Positions 46,428-58,600 of a stretch of 64,000 nt of DNA are shown piece by piece. Below the pieces are notes generated by a model, which saw nothing but the letters and a program-made list of their open reading frames with translations, did no database searches and was not told the DNA's origin. The position numbers were made by a program, and so were the translations under genes. Numbering within the stretch: the stretch's first letter is position 1; each line of letters opens with the position of its first letter. Origin of the DNA: a virus; the IMG/VR virus record IMGVR_UViG_3300025168_000049, positions 1-64,000 of that record; one strand, given 5' to 3'.

Positions 46428-47213
46428 ATGGCAAAAGATGAATTTTACGGGAAAGGCTCTAAGCGCATAAGTGGCGACTTTTTGGAACCTAGTACCCCTG
46501 TTTTGTTTGAGGATGGCGGCGCCTCTGAAGATGAGACACGTAAGGAAATGCGAAGACGACAAAGAGAGGAGCGCAAAACCGCAAGGAAAAAAAGAAGATC
46601 TACTAGGAAAACAAGACGTCTAACAAAGAAAATAAACAGACGTAAGGAAAAAACTAAAAAGATTGAAGGTAAGTTAGAAACTCATACTGAGAAGACTCTA
46701 ACAAAGAAAAAAGAGTATGCTCCAACTACAGAAGGAGATAAAAATACTCCACCTAAATCGGCTACAGAAACACCAGATGTTAAAAAGGATAAAAAGAATT
46801 CTAAAAGTATAGATAATATGTCTTTTAGTGAGGCTTACAGAACTCAAAGAGATGCTAATAAAAAAGCAGGTATAAAGCATTACGGAGATGATTCAGGGCA
46901 TTTTACTTGGAGAGGTAAGGAATATAGTACGGAGTCAAAATCTGAGCAAGATAAAAGAAAAGGAAAAACTAAGAAAAAAGTAGTTAAAAAGAAAGAAGAG
47001 ACACCGGTAGTAAAAGAAACAACTCCTAAGAAGAAACAAACTGTAAATCCAAAGCATGATCAAGACGGTAATGGTGTTCCAGATTTAGTTCAAAAACCTA
47101 AGACTCATGATGCAGATAACGACGGAATTCCAGATTTGATCCAAAGACGTGAGACAACAAAGATCAAGAAGAAGAAAGGTGGAATAAAGTACAAAAGAGG
47201 AGGAAGAAGATAG
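46428..47213 (+). CDS. Lys/Arg-rich putative internal virion protein
   Basis: Basic composition, SFSEAY...FTWRGKEYST, two DxDxxG.PD motifs, terminal GG motifs. Confidence 0.55.
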   Translation: MAKDEFYGKGSKRISGDFLEPSTPVLFEDGGASEDETRKEMRRRQREERKTARKKRRSTRKTRRLTKKINRRKEKTKKIEGKLETHTEKTLTKKKEYAPTTEGDKNTPPKSATETPDVKKDKKNSKSIDNMSFSEAYRTQRDANKKAGIKHYGDDSGHFTWRGKEYSTESKSEQDKRKGKTKKKVVKKKEETPVVKETTPKKKQTVNPKHDQDGNGVPDLVQKPKTHDADNDGIPDLIQRRETTKIKKKKGGIKYKRGGRR

Positions 47214-47696
47214 ATGTTACATACTTTAAAGGCAATCTATGACGATTATCAGATAAAGTATGACGATAGCATTGATGCAAAAACTTTTAGAGACATTTGC
47301 TCTGACTATAATATGATAGTCATGAGCAATGTCTTAGAAGGTAAAACATTCAATATGGGCTATAACTTATCTTCTATATATATAGTTAGAGTAAGAAGAG
47401 ATCCTAGGACTCCAAGAATAGATTGGGGAGAGAGTAATAAGTATAGAGATGAACTTATTAAAAAAGGTTTGCCTTTGTATGATAATATTACAGAGAAAGG
47501 TAGAAAATGGTATATATATTATACAGATGATTTTTATTGTAAATACCATTGGAACAAAGGTAAATGTAAGATCCCAAATAAGTCTGTTTATAGATTTGAT
47601 GCTACACGAGGGGTTAAAGGAAATAAGGGAAAATTAATAACTTTGTTGCGTAAAGATGATTTAGCGTATTTAAAGTTTAAAAAATATAAATTATGA
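47214..47696 (+). CDS. crAss-like conserved protein (IHF-like) preceding tail tube gene
   Basis: Synteny; basic; IDW.ES, Y.F...RG. Confidence 0.5.
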   Translation: MLHTLKAIYDDYQIKYDDSIDAKTFRDICSDYNMIVMSNVLEGKTFNMGYNLSSIYIVRVRRDPRTPRIDWGESNKYRDELIKKGLPLYDNITEKGRKWYIYYTDDFYCKYHWNKGKCKIPNKSVYRFDATRGVKGNKGKLITLLRKDDLAYLKFKKYKL

Positions 47697-48571
47697 TTTA
47701 TAAAACTATATCTAGCAAGACAATTATTAGAAAGGTTTTTAGAGATTTAAAACCTAATGATGATAATTGGATAGATGATGCTATTGAGTGGATAGGAGAG
47801 GCATTAGAGCATATAGGTTCTGCACCACAACTGTGTACTAAACAATGTGTCTTAACTGTAAAAGATCATAAAGTATGTTTACCTGCTGACCTATATTATA
47901 TCAATCAAGTCGCAGTTAATAATACAGTATCTCCTACTACATCTGAAGAGTTAGATACTTTATTAACTCAAGTTAAAACATTATCTGCATCTGTTGTTGC
48001 AGCTACGGCTGCAGGGCAAGATTATAGTGATACAGGAAAAGTCCTTAATGAAATAAATGCTAGAATTGTTGTTTTAGAAAATGTTTTCTTTTCTGATGAA
48101 CATAAACTAAGAGCATTACAATATGGTGCAAGTACATTTCATAAAAGCATGCATTGTACAGGATGTGTAAACGAATTATCAGAGTATAAGGATAGTTATA
48201 TAGTAGATTGTGGGTATATTAAAACCTCATTTCAAACAGGAAAAATCTGTATAAGTTATATGGCTTTTCCTCTAGATGAAGATTGCTTTCCATTAGTACC
48301 AGATGATATAAGTTTTAAAGAAGCAATGTTTTGGTATATATTTAAAAAATTATTATTATCAGGTTATGATAAACCTACTAAGATAGACTATGCTTTTGCA
48401 GAAGAGAGATGGATGAATTATTGTACACAAGCTAGAAATGCAGCTAACTATCCAGATATTGCAAAGTATGAATCGTTTATGAATCAATGGGTAAGATTAG
48501 TTCCAAATATAAATAGACACTCGACGTTATTTGAAGATTTAAATGACAGAGAACAATTAGATAGAGGATAA
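47693..48571 (+). CDS. Tail tubular/ring protein
   Basis: EWIGEAL..IG, LP.DL, I.TSF..G.I.ISY, P.VPD; directly before the tail stabilisation gene. Confidence 0.75.
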   Translation: MIYKTISSKTIIRKVFRDLKPNDDNWIDDAIEWIGEALEHIGSAPQLCTKQCVLTVKDHKVCLPADLYYINQVAVNNTVSPTTSEELDTLLTQVKTLSASVVAATAAGQDYSDTGKVLNEINARIVVLENVFFSDEHKLRALQYGASTFHKSMHCTGCVNELSEYKDSYIVDCGYIKTSFQTGKICISYMAFPLDEDCFPLVPDDISFKEAMFWYIFKKLLLSGYDKPTKIDYAFAEERWMNYCTQARNAANYPDIAKYESFMNQWVRLVPNINRHSTLFEDLNDREQLDRG

Positions 48572-51500
48572 TGGCCAATAAAAGATTTTTAAAAGGATTA
48601 TTCAAAGATACTAGTCATCAAGACCAGCCTAAAGATTCTTGGAGATATGCAAAAAATGCTACTATAAATAATATAGAAGGCTCTATTTCTAACGAATCTG
48701 GTACTACTGCACACGGGCATCTTGGAACAAATTTAACCTGGGGTGCTCAAGAAGATAGAATCTTGGGAACTGTAGAAGTTGATAATGATAGAGTAGTTAT
48801 ATTTACTAAGAATCAACTTAACTTAAGAAGCGAGATTGGTATATGGGATCCTAATACAAGCGTAGGTAATCCATACTCAGCTTTATATAATCCTAACATA
48901 ACTAGTTATGTAACACACGATTTAAATTTTCAGTTTACCAATTTAATAGAAGGAACTTATAAGATTGATGCTAAAGGAGATTTAGTTGTTTATTTTACAG
49001 ATGATTTAAATCCACCTAGGGCAATTAACATAGACCGTCAAATGCGAGGGATAGCATTATCTAATATTACTTGGTTATATAACATTAATCCTGCTAGTTC
49101 ACATTCAAAACATTTAGAATTATTAAATTTATTTCCAGCATCTGGTCCTGTTCCTCATATTTATCTTTCTGACCAGTGGTGGTTTCCTAAACCATATCAG
49201 ACGTCTGTTGTTGAAGGGGGTGGATTAAAAACAGCAGTATACTATTTAGCTTTAGCTTATGTAGATGAAGACTTAGTTGCGACTAATTTTTTAACTGTTT
49301 CTAATCCTGTTTCAATTGTAGATGAGTATGATCACACTAGGCCTACTAGTAAAAAAGACGGTGCTAAAGAGGGTACTCAAACATCTAAAGCTATATCATG
49401 GAGAGTTAGTAATCTGAATACAGATTATAAGTTTATGCGACCTGTAGTTGTTAGGCGTATGGGAGATTCGACTGAGGCTTTTAAATTAAATGATATACAA
49501 ATAAATCCTAATACTTCAAATCCTCCATTTCAAACTGTAGTATTTAGTGGTATAGAAGGTAGTAGCGGACTAGCTATTGAAAAAGTTATTATAGATACTA
49601 CATCTTATGATACTGCAAAAACTATTGATCAGTTAGATGGTATTTTATATTTAGGAAATACAACTAGTAATAAGGATTTAGGATATCAAAAATATGCTAA
49701 TGCAATTAAAACATTTTCTGTTGTTAGGGATATACCAAAATTTGATGAGCATTGGATGACCATGGATAGTCTAACTACAGGGAATGCTTTTTTCCCAGTT
49801 GATGATGGTAATTATGTAGATGATTCTAAATCATATAGACATCATCCAAATATTGTAGATCATAAAGGATATCAAAGAGATGAGGCTTATGCCTTTTATA
49901 TTGCATTTATTATGAATGATGGTAGTATGTCTTATGCATATCATATACCTGGACGAGAAAAAAATATATCTACTGACCCAGCTTTTCATACTGAAGGAGA
50001 TGCTGTTTCTTCTGCATCAGTAGGGAATACTCAAATTTTTTCAGATTTAGCGGACTTAAGTAAAGGTCACGCTCAAAACTTTCATTTCTTTGATTACAGT
50101 CAATACGCAGGAAATAGAAATATGAACTTTTGGGAAAATGCTACAGAGACTTATCCAGATACAGATAACTATGAAGTGTGGGATGAAAATGGTTATACAG
50201 GAACTGACATTAAAAATGAAAGGGTTCGTCACCACCATTTTCCTGGTAATGATAATGACAACAGATCCTCAATTAGTGATGACACATGCACGTCGCAGGA
50301 GTCTGATGGTGTAGGATCAAATAACACACCTTGGAATGGTACTGTTGAATTTAGACATAATGATGATGGGTGTGAAATGCATTGGAATGAAGGATCTTGG
50401 AGATATGCAAATATGGGTAATTATGTAAATATATCTGATCCTGATGGTACTAACGCTCAGATGTTACAGGCTCTATTTAGAAGCAAATCTGATACAGGAG
50501 GATTTGGTTCAGGATGTAATAACACTGGTGGTACTTGGAATGGTAATTATATAGTAGCAGATCAAAAAATGACAGTAAGAAGTTGGGCTATGATTAATCA
50601 TAGAAGACTAAGTAATGGTGGTTCTGCTCCACTTACTACTACTAAGTATAGTACTAATTCTGTTGCTAGCCCTGTAGCTGAAGGGGCAGCAGGTACTAGT
50701 CCAGGATGTCCTGCAACTTCCTGTGATTCAATAGGTGATTATGGGGGTTGTGGTGGTAGTGGGACGCTTGATTATACAGCTATGTCTTTACCAGCTACTG
50801 TTTTAGAGCCAGGCGAGTGGATACGAATGAGAAATTGTGGAGATGGTTGGTGTAATGTAGGTGGTCAATCAGGAGGAACGGATTGTAGATTTAGACAGGC
50901 TAGAGGAAGTAGTGAGCAAATAGATGCGTGTGACGCAGGGTGTTCTAGTCCTAGCAGTGCTCCATGGAGTTGCAATGATTACCAGTTTATTAGATGGGAA
51001 ATTGTATCAGCTAATTCTGTTGCGCCTGGCTTTGTAAAATATGATGCAAAGATATCACATACTGTTAGAAGACTAGGATTTACTCTAGAGGATATAAAGG
51101 TACCTAAATCTATAGCAGATAAAGTTCAAGGATTTAGAATTTATTATGCTAAGCGTGGGCAATCTAATAAAACAATTATTGGACAAGATTCAATAATACC
51201 TATGACACGAAAACTTGTTCAAATGGGTATCTGCCTAGAAACAGGTGGCACAGCAGAAGCATATCAAGTTATGGGTACGTTGCAAAACTTCCCTGAAACA
51301 TTCTGGCAATGCGAGTCTATGGCTTATGCATCGTGGCATCCAGGATATCCTATATATACTTATGGAATATACCAAAACTCTACTACACTAGCTACTGGAG
51401 AAGCTGCATATAAAAACTTTACTTTTCACGATTTTAATTTGTTGAGAACAAAAAATAGTTTAGCAGGTGCAACACATATTAAACCACAATGGAGAGTTAG

Positions 51501-54255
51501 AAATTTAGTATGGAATGGTCCTACAGTTAATCAAGATAAACGAATGAATACTAGATTAACTAGCGCTCCAGGAGCAGGAACAGATCCTATTGAAATAAGA
51601 GAAGAATGGGGATGGGAAACAGACTTTAATTGCTATCCAAGAGATGTAGCCTCTTCTATTCATGCAGGTGCAGACTATGCTAATTATAGTAGATATGGAG
51701 GTAGCTACCTTCCTCCAAGAGTACTAGGACAAAAAGCTAAATCGTACTTAATGGGCGATACTATTTTTAGAGGAGCATCTTTAGGTTTTGGAGGTAAAGT
51801 ATTTAATGAGTTTGGTGAAAGTTGTATGATCTTTTCTTTAATGGATAGACACGAGTTTCGTGCAGTTGATTTAACTAACAGGCCTACATCCTCAGCTGGT
51901 TGGAATTCAGGATACGCAGCACCTAATAACTCTGCTGCGGTTGAAGGATTTGGAAATATTGAAAGAGTTAATCCTGGAGACAATGGTCCAATACTTGTAA
52001 ACCCTTTACCTTGGGGATCTTATGATGGAACTGGTGGATATAATCAATTATCACATGACAGTAGCGGATCTAGAAGTCAAAGTATGATAGTTAATTTACA
52101 TGCTTTTAAAACTGATGTTTATAAATCTATTGACAGTAATAAATTAGTATGGACAGGATTTGAAGTATTGGGACAGCAGTTTAAGAATTTCATTTTCTGG
52201 GATGATGCTAATCACCCTGAAGCACCAACAGGTACTATTGCAGGAGATCCTATGGTTGCTACTATAAAAGAATTGTTACCACCATATACTCCAGTTAGTA
52301 ATACAGCAAATTACTCTGTAGCTGATTTACAGTCTACGTTATATCAAGGAACTTCAAACCATATAAAGTCTGGTATATATGGAGGAGACACCTATATATG
52401 CAGATATGGTAAAGCATTAGCTGTTAAACCTAGTAACATAGATGAGAGTTCATTACCTAAAAGATCTATCCATTATCAAATAGTAGAAAGTTGTGATAAT
52501 ATTAACTTTAGACATACTGACTCTGATAAAAATTTATACTATCCAGGATCTATAGCAAAAGAAATTATACGATATGTTGGTAGTGAAGATGGAGATTTTA
52601 CACATTTTGATAACATGAGGTATAACGATAACTATTCTGCAGTTAATGACATCAGACCAGCTTTTCCATTACCTTTAGAAGAAAACAATCAAACAGATTT
52701 TCCAACTAGAACGCATAGAAGTGCTAAGTCAGATAATACTAGTTTGATAGATAATTATAGAATCTTTTTAGGAAATCAATTTAAAGACCTTCCTAGAGAT
52801 AAAGGAGATTTATGGAAGCTATCTACTTTTAATAATTTATTATACTTCCACATGGAAGATACTTTATATGTAACTAAAGGTAAACAAAAGATGCAGCTCT
52901 CTGGTGGATCAGATGCTTTTGTAGGAAGTGGAGATATTTTTGAACAGGCTCCAGAAGAGATTGTGCACACTAAAGATGGATATGGAGGAACTCAATCAAT
53001 TAGAGCAGCACTTGTTACACGTAGTGGGTATTTCTTTGTAGATGCTGCCGCTCGTAAAGTGTTCTTAATGAAGGAAAATTTAGTCGAGTTGAATGATGTA
53101 GGTATGGAACAATGGTTTAAAGATAATATTAAATTTGCTCTAGAAGACTTTGGTTTAAGTACTGTTGCTGATAATCCTCTTATGGGATTTGGATTTCATT
53201 CTGTATATGATCCTAAATTTAAAAGAATATTATTAACTAAAAGAGAGTATGTACCTACACAACTTTTTATAGATGGGTTCAATTCGATTGCCTCTATCCC
53301 TCCAAGTTATGGAACAGTAAGATTTAACGTTAATTCACAAATGTTTGAGCAGTTTGCAGCTTGTGCCTGCGGTACTTTTCCAAGTTGTTACGATTGTTGG
53401 GCTACTATAGAGTGGGAGAATGAATCTTATTTCTACAAAGGTGGTTGGACAATATCTTATTTTCCTGAATTAAATATCTGGGTTAGCTTCCATGATTATG
53501 TACCTTATCATTATTTTAATACTACTTTTAATTTTTATTCAATAACAGATCAGTATCCAAATTTAATTGGTGGTCTTGGTGGTCTTGTTACTACTTTGGG
53601 AAGCTCTGCTATATGGAAACATCACAGCGGTTTAAAAGGATTATACTACCAAGAAAATGATATAGGAACTATACCTAACTGGGCAGATAATATAACTATA
53701 TCTCCTTTTGAGATTGAGTATATAGAAAATGAATTAAGAGAAGCTGATGGATTATATTCCAGTATAACATATAATGCAGAAGTCTGGAATGACACTGCAA
53801 CAGATCTAAATATACAAGGAGTTAATGTACTAGAACATGGATTTACTAGTTTCTTTGTATACAATACACATCAAATATCTGGGACTGAAACATCAAGTCC
53901 ATTAGAATATTTGATAAATACAAGGCGTGTAGGTACTGATTGGAAGATAAATCAATTTAGAGACTTAGCAGCAATAGGTGTTTCAACTGCAGCATACTAT
54001 ACTGCTACCGGGGTCAATGTAACTGGAGGAACAAATGTTGGAACTGTAACAACAAGTGCTATAACTCCTATGTTTGTAGTAGACGGTATGAGTGAACTAC
54101 CAAACGCAAATTATATAAATTTAAACAAAATATGGCAAGAACAGAAGAAATTTATAGACAAATGGTTAGGAATTCGTTTAATATATGATAATATAACAAA
54201 TAATTCCGTACATTTGTACACTAGTTCTGTGGCTGTAAGAAAATTCTATAGATAA
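48571..54255 (+). CDS. Tail stabilisation/muzzle protein (P22 gp10-like position) with Cys-rich insertion
   Basis: 1894 aa; YFTD..NPPR.IN, LYLGN, YQRDE.Y.F.I, GGDTYI, WT.SY....W.SFHDY motifs typical of crAss-like tails. Confidence 0.8.
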   Translation: MANKRFLKGLFKDTSHQDQPKDSWRYAKNATINNIEGSISNESGTTAHGHLGTNLTWGAQEDRILGTVEVDNDRVVIFTKNQLNLRSEIGIWDPNTSVGNPYSALYNPNITSYVTHDLNFQFTNLIEGTYKIDAKGDLVVYFTDDLNPPRAINIDRQMRGIALSNITWLYNINPASSHSKHLELLNLFPASGPVPHIYLSDQWWFPKPYQTSVVEGGGLKTAVYYLALAYVDEDLVATNFLTVSNPVSIVDEYDHTRPTSKKDGAKEGTQTSKAISWRVSNLNTDYKFMRPVVVRRMGDSTEAFKLNDIQINPNTSNPPFQTVVFSGIEGSSGLAIEKVIIDTTSYDTAKTIDQLDGILYLGNTTSNKDLGYQKYANAIKTFSVVRDIPKFDEHWMTMDSLTTGNAFFPVDDGNYVDDSKSYRHHPNIVDHKGYQRDEAYAFYIAFIMNDGSMSYAYHIPGREKNISTDPAFHTEGDAVSSASVGNTQIFSDLADLSKGHAQNFHFFDYSQYAGNRNMNFWENATETYPDTDNYEVWDENGYTGTDIKNERVRHHHFPGNDNDNRSSISDDTCTSQESDGVGSNNTPWNGTVEFRHNDDGCEMHWNEGSWRYANMGNYVNISDPDGTNAQMLQALFRSKSDTGGFGSGCNNTGGTWNGNYIVADQKMTVRSWAMINHRRLSNGGSAPLTTTKYSTNSVASPVAEGAAGTSPGCPATSCDSIGDYGGCGGSGTLDYTAMSLPATVLEPGEWIRMRNCGDGWCNVGGQSGGTDCRFRQARGSSEQIDACDAGCSSPSSAPWSCNDYQFIRWEIVSANSVAPGFVKYDAKISHTVRRLGFTLEDIKVPKSIADKVQGFRIYYAKRGQSNKTIIGQDSIIPMTRKLVQMGICLETGGTAEAYQVMGTLQNFPETFWQCESMAYASWHPGYPIYTYGIYQNSTTLATGEAAYKNFTFHDFNLLRTKNSLAGATHIKPQWRVRNLVWNGPTVNQDKRMNTRLTSAPGAGTDPIEIREEWGWETDFNCYPRDVASSIHAGADYANYSRYGGSYLPPRVLGQKAKSYLMGDTIFRGASLGFGGKVFNEFGESCMIFSLMDRHEFRAVDLTNRPTSSAGWNSGYAAPNNSAAVEGFGNIERVNPGDNGPILVNPLPWGSYDGTGGYNQLSHDSSGSRSQSMIVNLHAFKTDVYKSIDSNKLVWTGFEVLGQQFKNFIFWDDANHPEAPTGTIAGDPMVATIKELLPPYTPVSNTANYSVADLQSTLYQGTSNHIKSGIYGGDTYICRYGKALAVKPSNIDESSLPKRSIHYQIVESCDNINFRHTDSDKNLYYPGSIAKEIIRYVGSEDGDFTHFDNMRYNDNYSAVNDIRPAFPLPLEENNQTDFPTRTHRSAKSDNTSLIDNYRIFLGNQFKDLPRDKGDLWKLSTFNNLLYFHMEDTLYVTKGKQKMQLSGGSDAFVGSGDIFEQAPEEIVHTKDGYGGTQSIRAALVTRSGYFFVDAAARKVFLMKENLVELNDVGMEQWFKDNIKFALEDFGLSTVADNPLMGFGFHSVYDPKFKRILLTKREYVPTQLFIDGFNSIASIPPSYGTVRFNVNSQMFEQFAACACGTFPSCYDCWATIEWENESYFYKGGWTISYFPELNIWVSFHDYVPYHYFNTTFNFYSITDQYPNLIGGLGGLVTTLGSSAIWKHHSGLKGLYYQENDIGTIPNWADNITISPFEIEYIENELREADGLYSSITYNAEVWNDTATDLNIQGVNVLEHGFTSFFVYNTHQISGTETSSPLEYLINTRRVGTDWKINQFRDLAAIGVSTAAYYTATGVNVTGGTNVGTVTTSAITPMFVVDGMSELPNANYINLNKIWQEQKKFIDKWLGIRLIYDNITNNSVHLYTSSVAVRKFYR

Positions 54256-54259
54256 AATT

Positions 54260-55630
54260 ATGACAAAAATAAAAAAATTAAAGACCGCTGTTGCGTATAA
54301 AAGTAAGTATGCCCTAGGAGGCAAGTTAGAGAAACCAAAAATGAAAAAGAGCAAACGTAAGTTTGTGGCAGGTGGATCTCAATACGATCAAAACACTATT
54401 AGTGCTTTTCAGAACCCTAACTATACAGGGAATATAGTAGCTCAAGGTACTCAAGAATCTGCAGATGCGGCTTCAGAACATTTTGATTCAGAGGCTGAAA
54501 AACTAAAAACTTCATCAGAGACAATGGTTAACGAGATGAAAAATGAAGATGAGCAAACTAAACAAAGACTTATACAAGAGGATGCAGCCAACAAACAAAA
54601 ACAAAATGCAGTTGAAAGCACTGCACAAACGGCTGCACAAACTATAACTGAAGGATATAAAAAGTTTGCTCCTAACAGTGCTACTGCAAAAGAAACAAAA
54701 GGAGATGGTATTGGTGGACTAGTTGGTTCTATTGGACAGGCTAGAAATCAATGGAAAGCTATAGGAGATGCTAAAAAGGCTGCTAAATTTGCAAAAGGTT
54801 TTAATGAAACTAAAACTGCCTTTGATGTTGGACAAAGATTATCAATGGGAGAGGATGCATATAAGCTGTCTCAAAGCATGAAGAATGTATCAAATATGAA
54901 AACTACTCTAGATCAAACTAAAGTAGGAATGAATATGTTTGATAAAGGTAGTAAAGGTTTAGATATGTTAAATAAAGGTAAGGATGCTGGTGATGTATTT
55001 AAAAAAGGAACAGAACTCGCTAGTACAATGGATAAAACAACGGGACTTTTAAAACTAGGAGAAAAAACACAAAAATTAAGCACGATGAGTAAAGTTGGTA
55101 CAGCTGCTAAAACAGTAGGGGCTGGTGTCAAATCTTTTGCTACTTCGGCTTCAGGGCTAGGTCTTATAGCAAATTATGCAGGAAAAGGAATAAGCAAGTT
55201 ATCTGATGATGGGGATCCTACTAAATCTAACTTTGGAGAATATGCTGGAGCTGCTTTATCTACTGCAGGATCTTGGGCAGGGACAGGAGCAATGATTGGA
55301 TCAGTAATACCTGGTATTGGAAATGCTGTTGGAGGAGCTGTTGGGGCAGTTGCAGGAGCTCTCTATGGTGTAGGAAAAACATTTTTTGGTACTAGAAAAG
55401 CTAAACGTGCTAAGGCAAAAGCAGATCAGCAAAGAGCTGAGAAAGTGGGTGCGTATAATGAAAAATTAAAAGGAAGATTTGGACATGCTGCACAATCAGC
55501 TAGAGCTATGGAGATTAAATCAAAAACAACCTCTGGACAAGATTTAGGGTGGGATACAACAAGATCTAGATATGGAGGAATTAGAAAAGAATATGGGGGG
55601 CAACGACAAATACCAGCATACGCTGCATAA
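54260..55630 (+). CDS. Internal virion (ejection/cargo) protein with glycine zipper
   Basis: GA.IGS.IPGIG.AVG.AVG.V.G hydrophobic Gly zipper; follows tail genes. Confidence 0.65.
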   Translation: MTKIKKLKTAVAYKSKYALGGKLEKPKMKKSKRKFVAGGSQYDQNTISAFQNPNYTGNIVAQGTQESADAASEHFDSEAEKLKTSSETMVNEMKNEDEQTKQRLIQEDAANKQKQNAVESTAQTAAQTITEGYKKFAPNSATAKETKGDGIGGLVGSIGQARNQWKAIGDAKKAAKFAKGFNETKTAFDVGQRLSMGEDAYKLSQSMKNVSNMKTTLDQTKVGMNMFDKGSKGLDMLNKGKDAGDVFKKGTELASTMDKTTGLLKLGEKTQKLSTMSKVGTAAKTVGAGVKSFATSASGLGLIANYAGKGISKLSDDGDPTKSNFGEYAGAALSTAGSWAGTGAMIGSVIPGIGNAVGGAVGAVAGALYGVGKTFFGTRKAKRAKAKADQQRAEKVGAYNEKLKGRFGHAAQSARAMEIKSKTTSGQDLGWDTTRSRYGGIRKEYGGQRQIPAYAA

Positions 55631-55642
55631 AATACTACGACT

Positions 55643-58600
55643 ATGAATAGAAGATTTATAAATAAACTAAGAAATAAATATGCTACAGGAGGAGAACTAA
55701 TGACTAACTCTATGGATCCAGCTCCAATGGGACAACTAGAAGAATCTAGCACAGTTCCTTATGGGTCAGTACCTACTTATGAAGCACAAGGAAATAATGT
55801 TCCTAAACCACCATCTACAACAATGGCACCAGTTACGGGTGGAACAGATCCTAAAGTGTTAAAAGCAGAGAGAGATAAGTTAGCTCTTATGGATGAAGCA
55901 ACACTTCGTGCATATTATACAGAGATGTATACTAATCAAGTAACACCTGTAATACCTTTTGGTCAAACTAGATTTAGTAATGATCCAGGATATGGCCAAG
56001 GGAGTACTAGATTTAACTATTCCCACACACAAGATAAGAGTGCATTTAATAATATTTATACTTTGACAGATTATGATCCGACAAATGAAGGAGAGCAAGA
56101 TGTTAATGTAAGGAATATAGATGCTGCAAATTATATATATGGTAATACAACTGATGGGTTAATAGCTACTACTACTAAATTTGAGGAAGACAGAACGACA
56201 CAGAACGCTGCTAATGCTTTATTAGACGGAGATGAAAAAGAAGCTGACCGTATTACTACTAATCAGGTTAACAGGACTATAATTAATGATCTAATAAATC
56301 AGAAAGGCTCGTATTACGAGGAAGGTTGGACTATAGGAGATGGAGGTAAGCCTGTACCACCTGTAAATCAAGGTCAGTTTAACAGAGACCTTATGCGTGA
56401 AGAAGCTGAATCTTGGGAGAAAGAAAAAAATCGTCTTATAGAGGCAGGTATAATGGGAGACGGATCACAGCCTGTAGTTATAGAAGACGATGCTAAGTTT
56501 AATGTAGCGGCACTACCAATGGTTGTAGCATCAGGTGTATTTGCCGCAGGGCAGTGGGGTCTGAATCCTGCAGCTGACGCCCTGTTTTTAGAATCTTTAG
56601 TTTTGGCAGGAATATCAACTATAACTTATAAAGAGTTGCAGGGGATGTATAAAAATTATCAAGAAGGTGCGACAATGCAGAGGACTATAGATGCTCATGG
56701 TAAACAAATGGAAATTGATTTTGGGGCATCAGCTTCTACTGCTACTTCTGCAGCAGGAAGTCATCCTAATGGACCTGAATATGACCCAAAGAAAGATCCG
56801 GATAAAAGTAGAGCTGCTAAATTTGCTGAAGCTGTAAAAAAGTGGGGAAAGAATGCTGGTAAGCTAGTTTGGAATAAATATACTAGGAAATTTGGGATTT
56901 ATGTTATAGTTGGGGGTACAGGAAGGTTTATATATGAAGTAATTAAACATGGCGGAATAGGTAATACACCTGATGGTCAAAATAGAAATGATAAAAAGAA
57001 AGAGAAAACTCTAGATAATGATGAATGGATAGCAAATCCAGCGGACCCATCTGGATGGACATTAATGAATCCTGCAACAGGTGATATATACGATAAACGT
57101 ACTGGGAACCATTTCACTAAAGATGGAGAACCTATAAAGAATAGAGGACAGAACTATGAATTTGGCGGGTCTAGAAATACTCTAGATAGAATGCGTCAAT
57201 ACTCAAGAGGAGGCGAGGCTTTACCAGGAGGTATGATGGAATCAATACCAGGTTCTGATGCTGTAAAATTTAATGGTCAAACTCATGAAGAAGGAGGAAT
57301 AGAATTAGATTCTAGAACAGAAGTAGAAGACGGGGAAACTATGGATAAAGTTAATATGAGTAAGGGAGGTCCTTCAGACTATTTCTTTTCTAAAAAATTA
57401 GGATTCGCTGATAAGCATGAGAGACTACTAGCTAATGGAGGTAGTCAAACTGATATCAATTACTTAGCTAAAATGCAAGAAAAAGCTGCTGGGAGAAATC
57501 CAAGTAAAATTGCCGCAGAATATGGGGGAGTTAGAAAATTTGAAGAGGGAGGAGCAAATAGAAAAACAGATAGACAATATGCATACGGAGAAGATTATAC
57601 AGAGAATGTAGGAGGAGCACATGGAGAGGCAGGATACACAGGACTGGGATCTGACGGATCTTATACTCCAACTGATCCAGGAGAAGAAGGATACGCTAAT
57701 ACACAATCTTCAATAGGAAAAAAAGGAAATAACTATTGGGGAGATAAACATATTATGTCTGATGAAGGACGTAAAGATTTCTACAATAGAAATAAAAATA
57801 TTTTAAATGGTATGGATATTAATAGTTGGGAAGATTACGACCCAGCTAAACATGCAGGAGATTTCCAAAAAGCATTTAACACAGATTTAAAAGAACGTTA
57901 TAATAAAGACGAGAACTTACGAAACAGTTTAAAAAGTAGAGGGATTAATAGTGTTGAGGACTTTACACAACAGGCTGGATTTCATAATAAAGGTCATAAA
58001 TCTAAACGATTAGATAATGCTCATGGAGAATACACATGGAGTAGAACCTCTGCATATAATGAGCCAGAAGATAAAGAAATAATCCCACCAACAGACGACG
58101 GAGGAGGGGACGAGGAAATTACTACAACAGATTTAAAGGTTCAAAATCAAAAAAAAGGCTTTAATTTGTTAGGGGCCGCACAATTAATACCTGCAGCTAT
58201 GGCATTTATGGATAAACCTGATTACATGGAATCTCCTGATTTAGTTGCTCCTGGTATTGTTGTTCCTGAACGAATATCTAAAACACATTTAGAAAGAGTA
58301 AATTATAATAATCAAAGAGATAAAGAAGATAGAAACTACCAGGGACTAAGACAAGATATCAATACAAGTGGTATAGGAGGAGGTAGTGCGATGTCTAACA
58401 GATTAGCGGCATATGCAATGTCAGAAGCAAACCAAAGAAAAATTGATGCTGATGAATCTAATGTAAATGTACAAATTGGGAATCAAGAAGGTACTATGGA
58501 CCAACAAAGAAAAGGAGAAAATGCTAGTAACATGTTATCAGCTAGTACTACTAATGCTAGTAACTACTTAGATGCAGACAAAACTAATGCTAAGAATGCT

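Noticed and set aside
40535-54216. Intragenic TAnnTTTG boxes at 40535 and 54209 as promoters
   Set aside because: Plausible positions, but the 8-mer is frequent in AT-rich DNA and the upstream box at the 64-bp offset is missing
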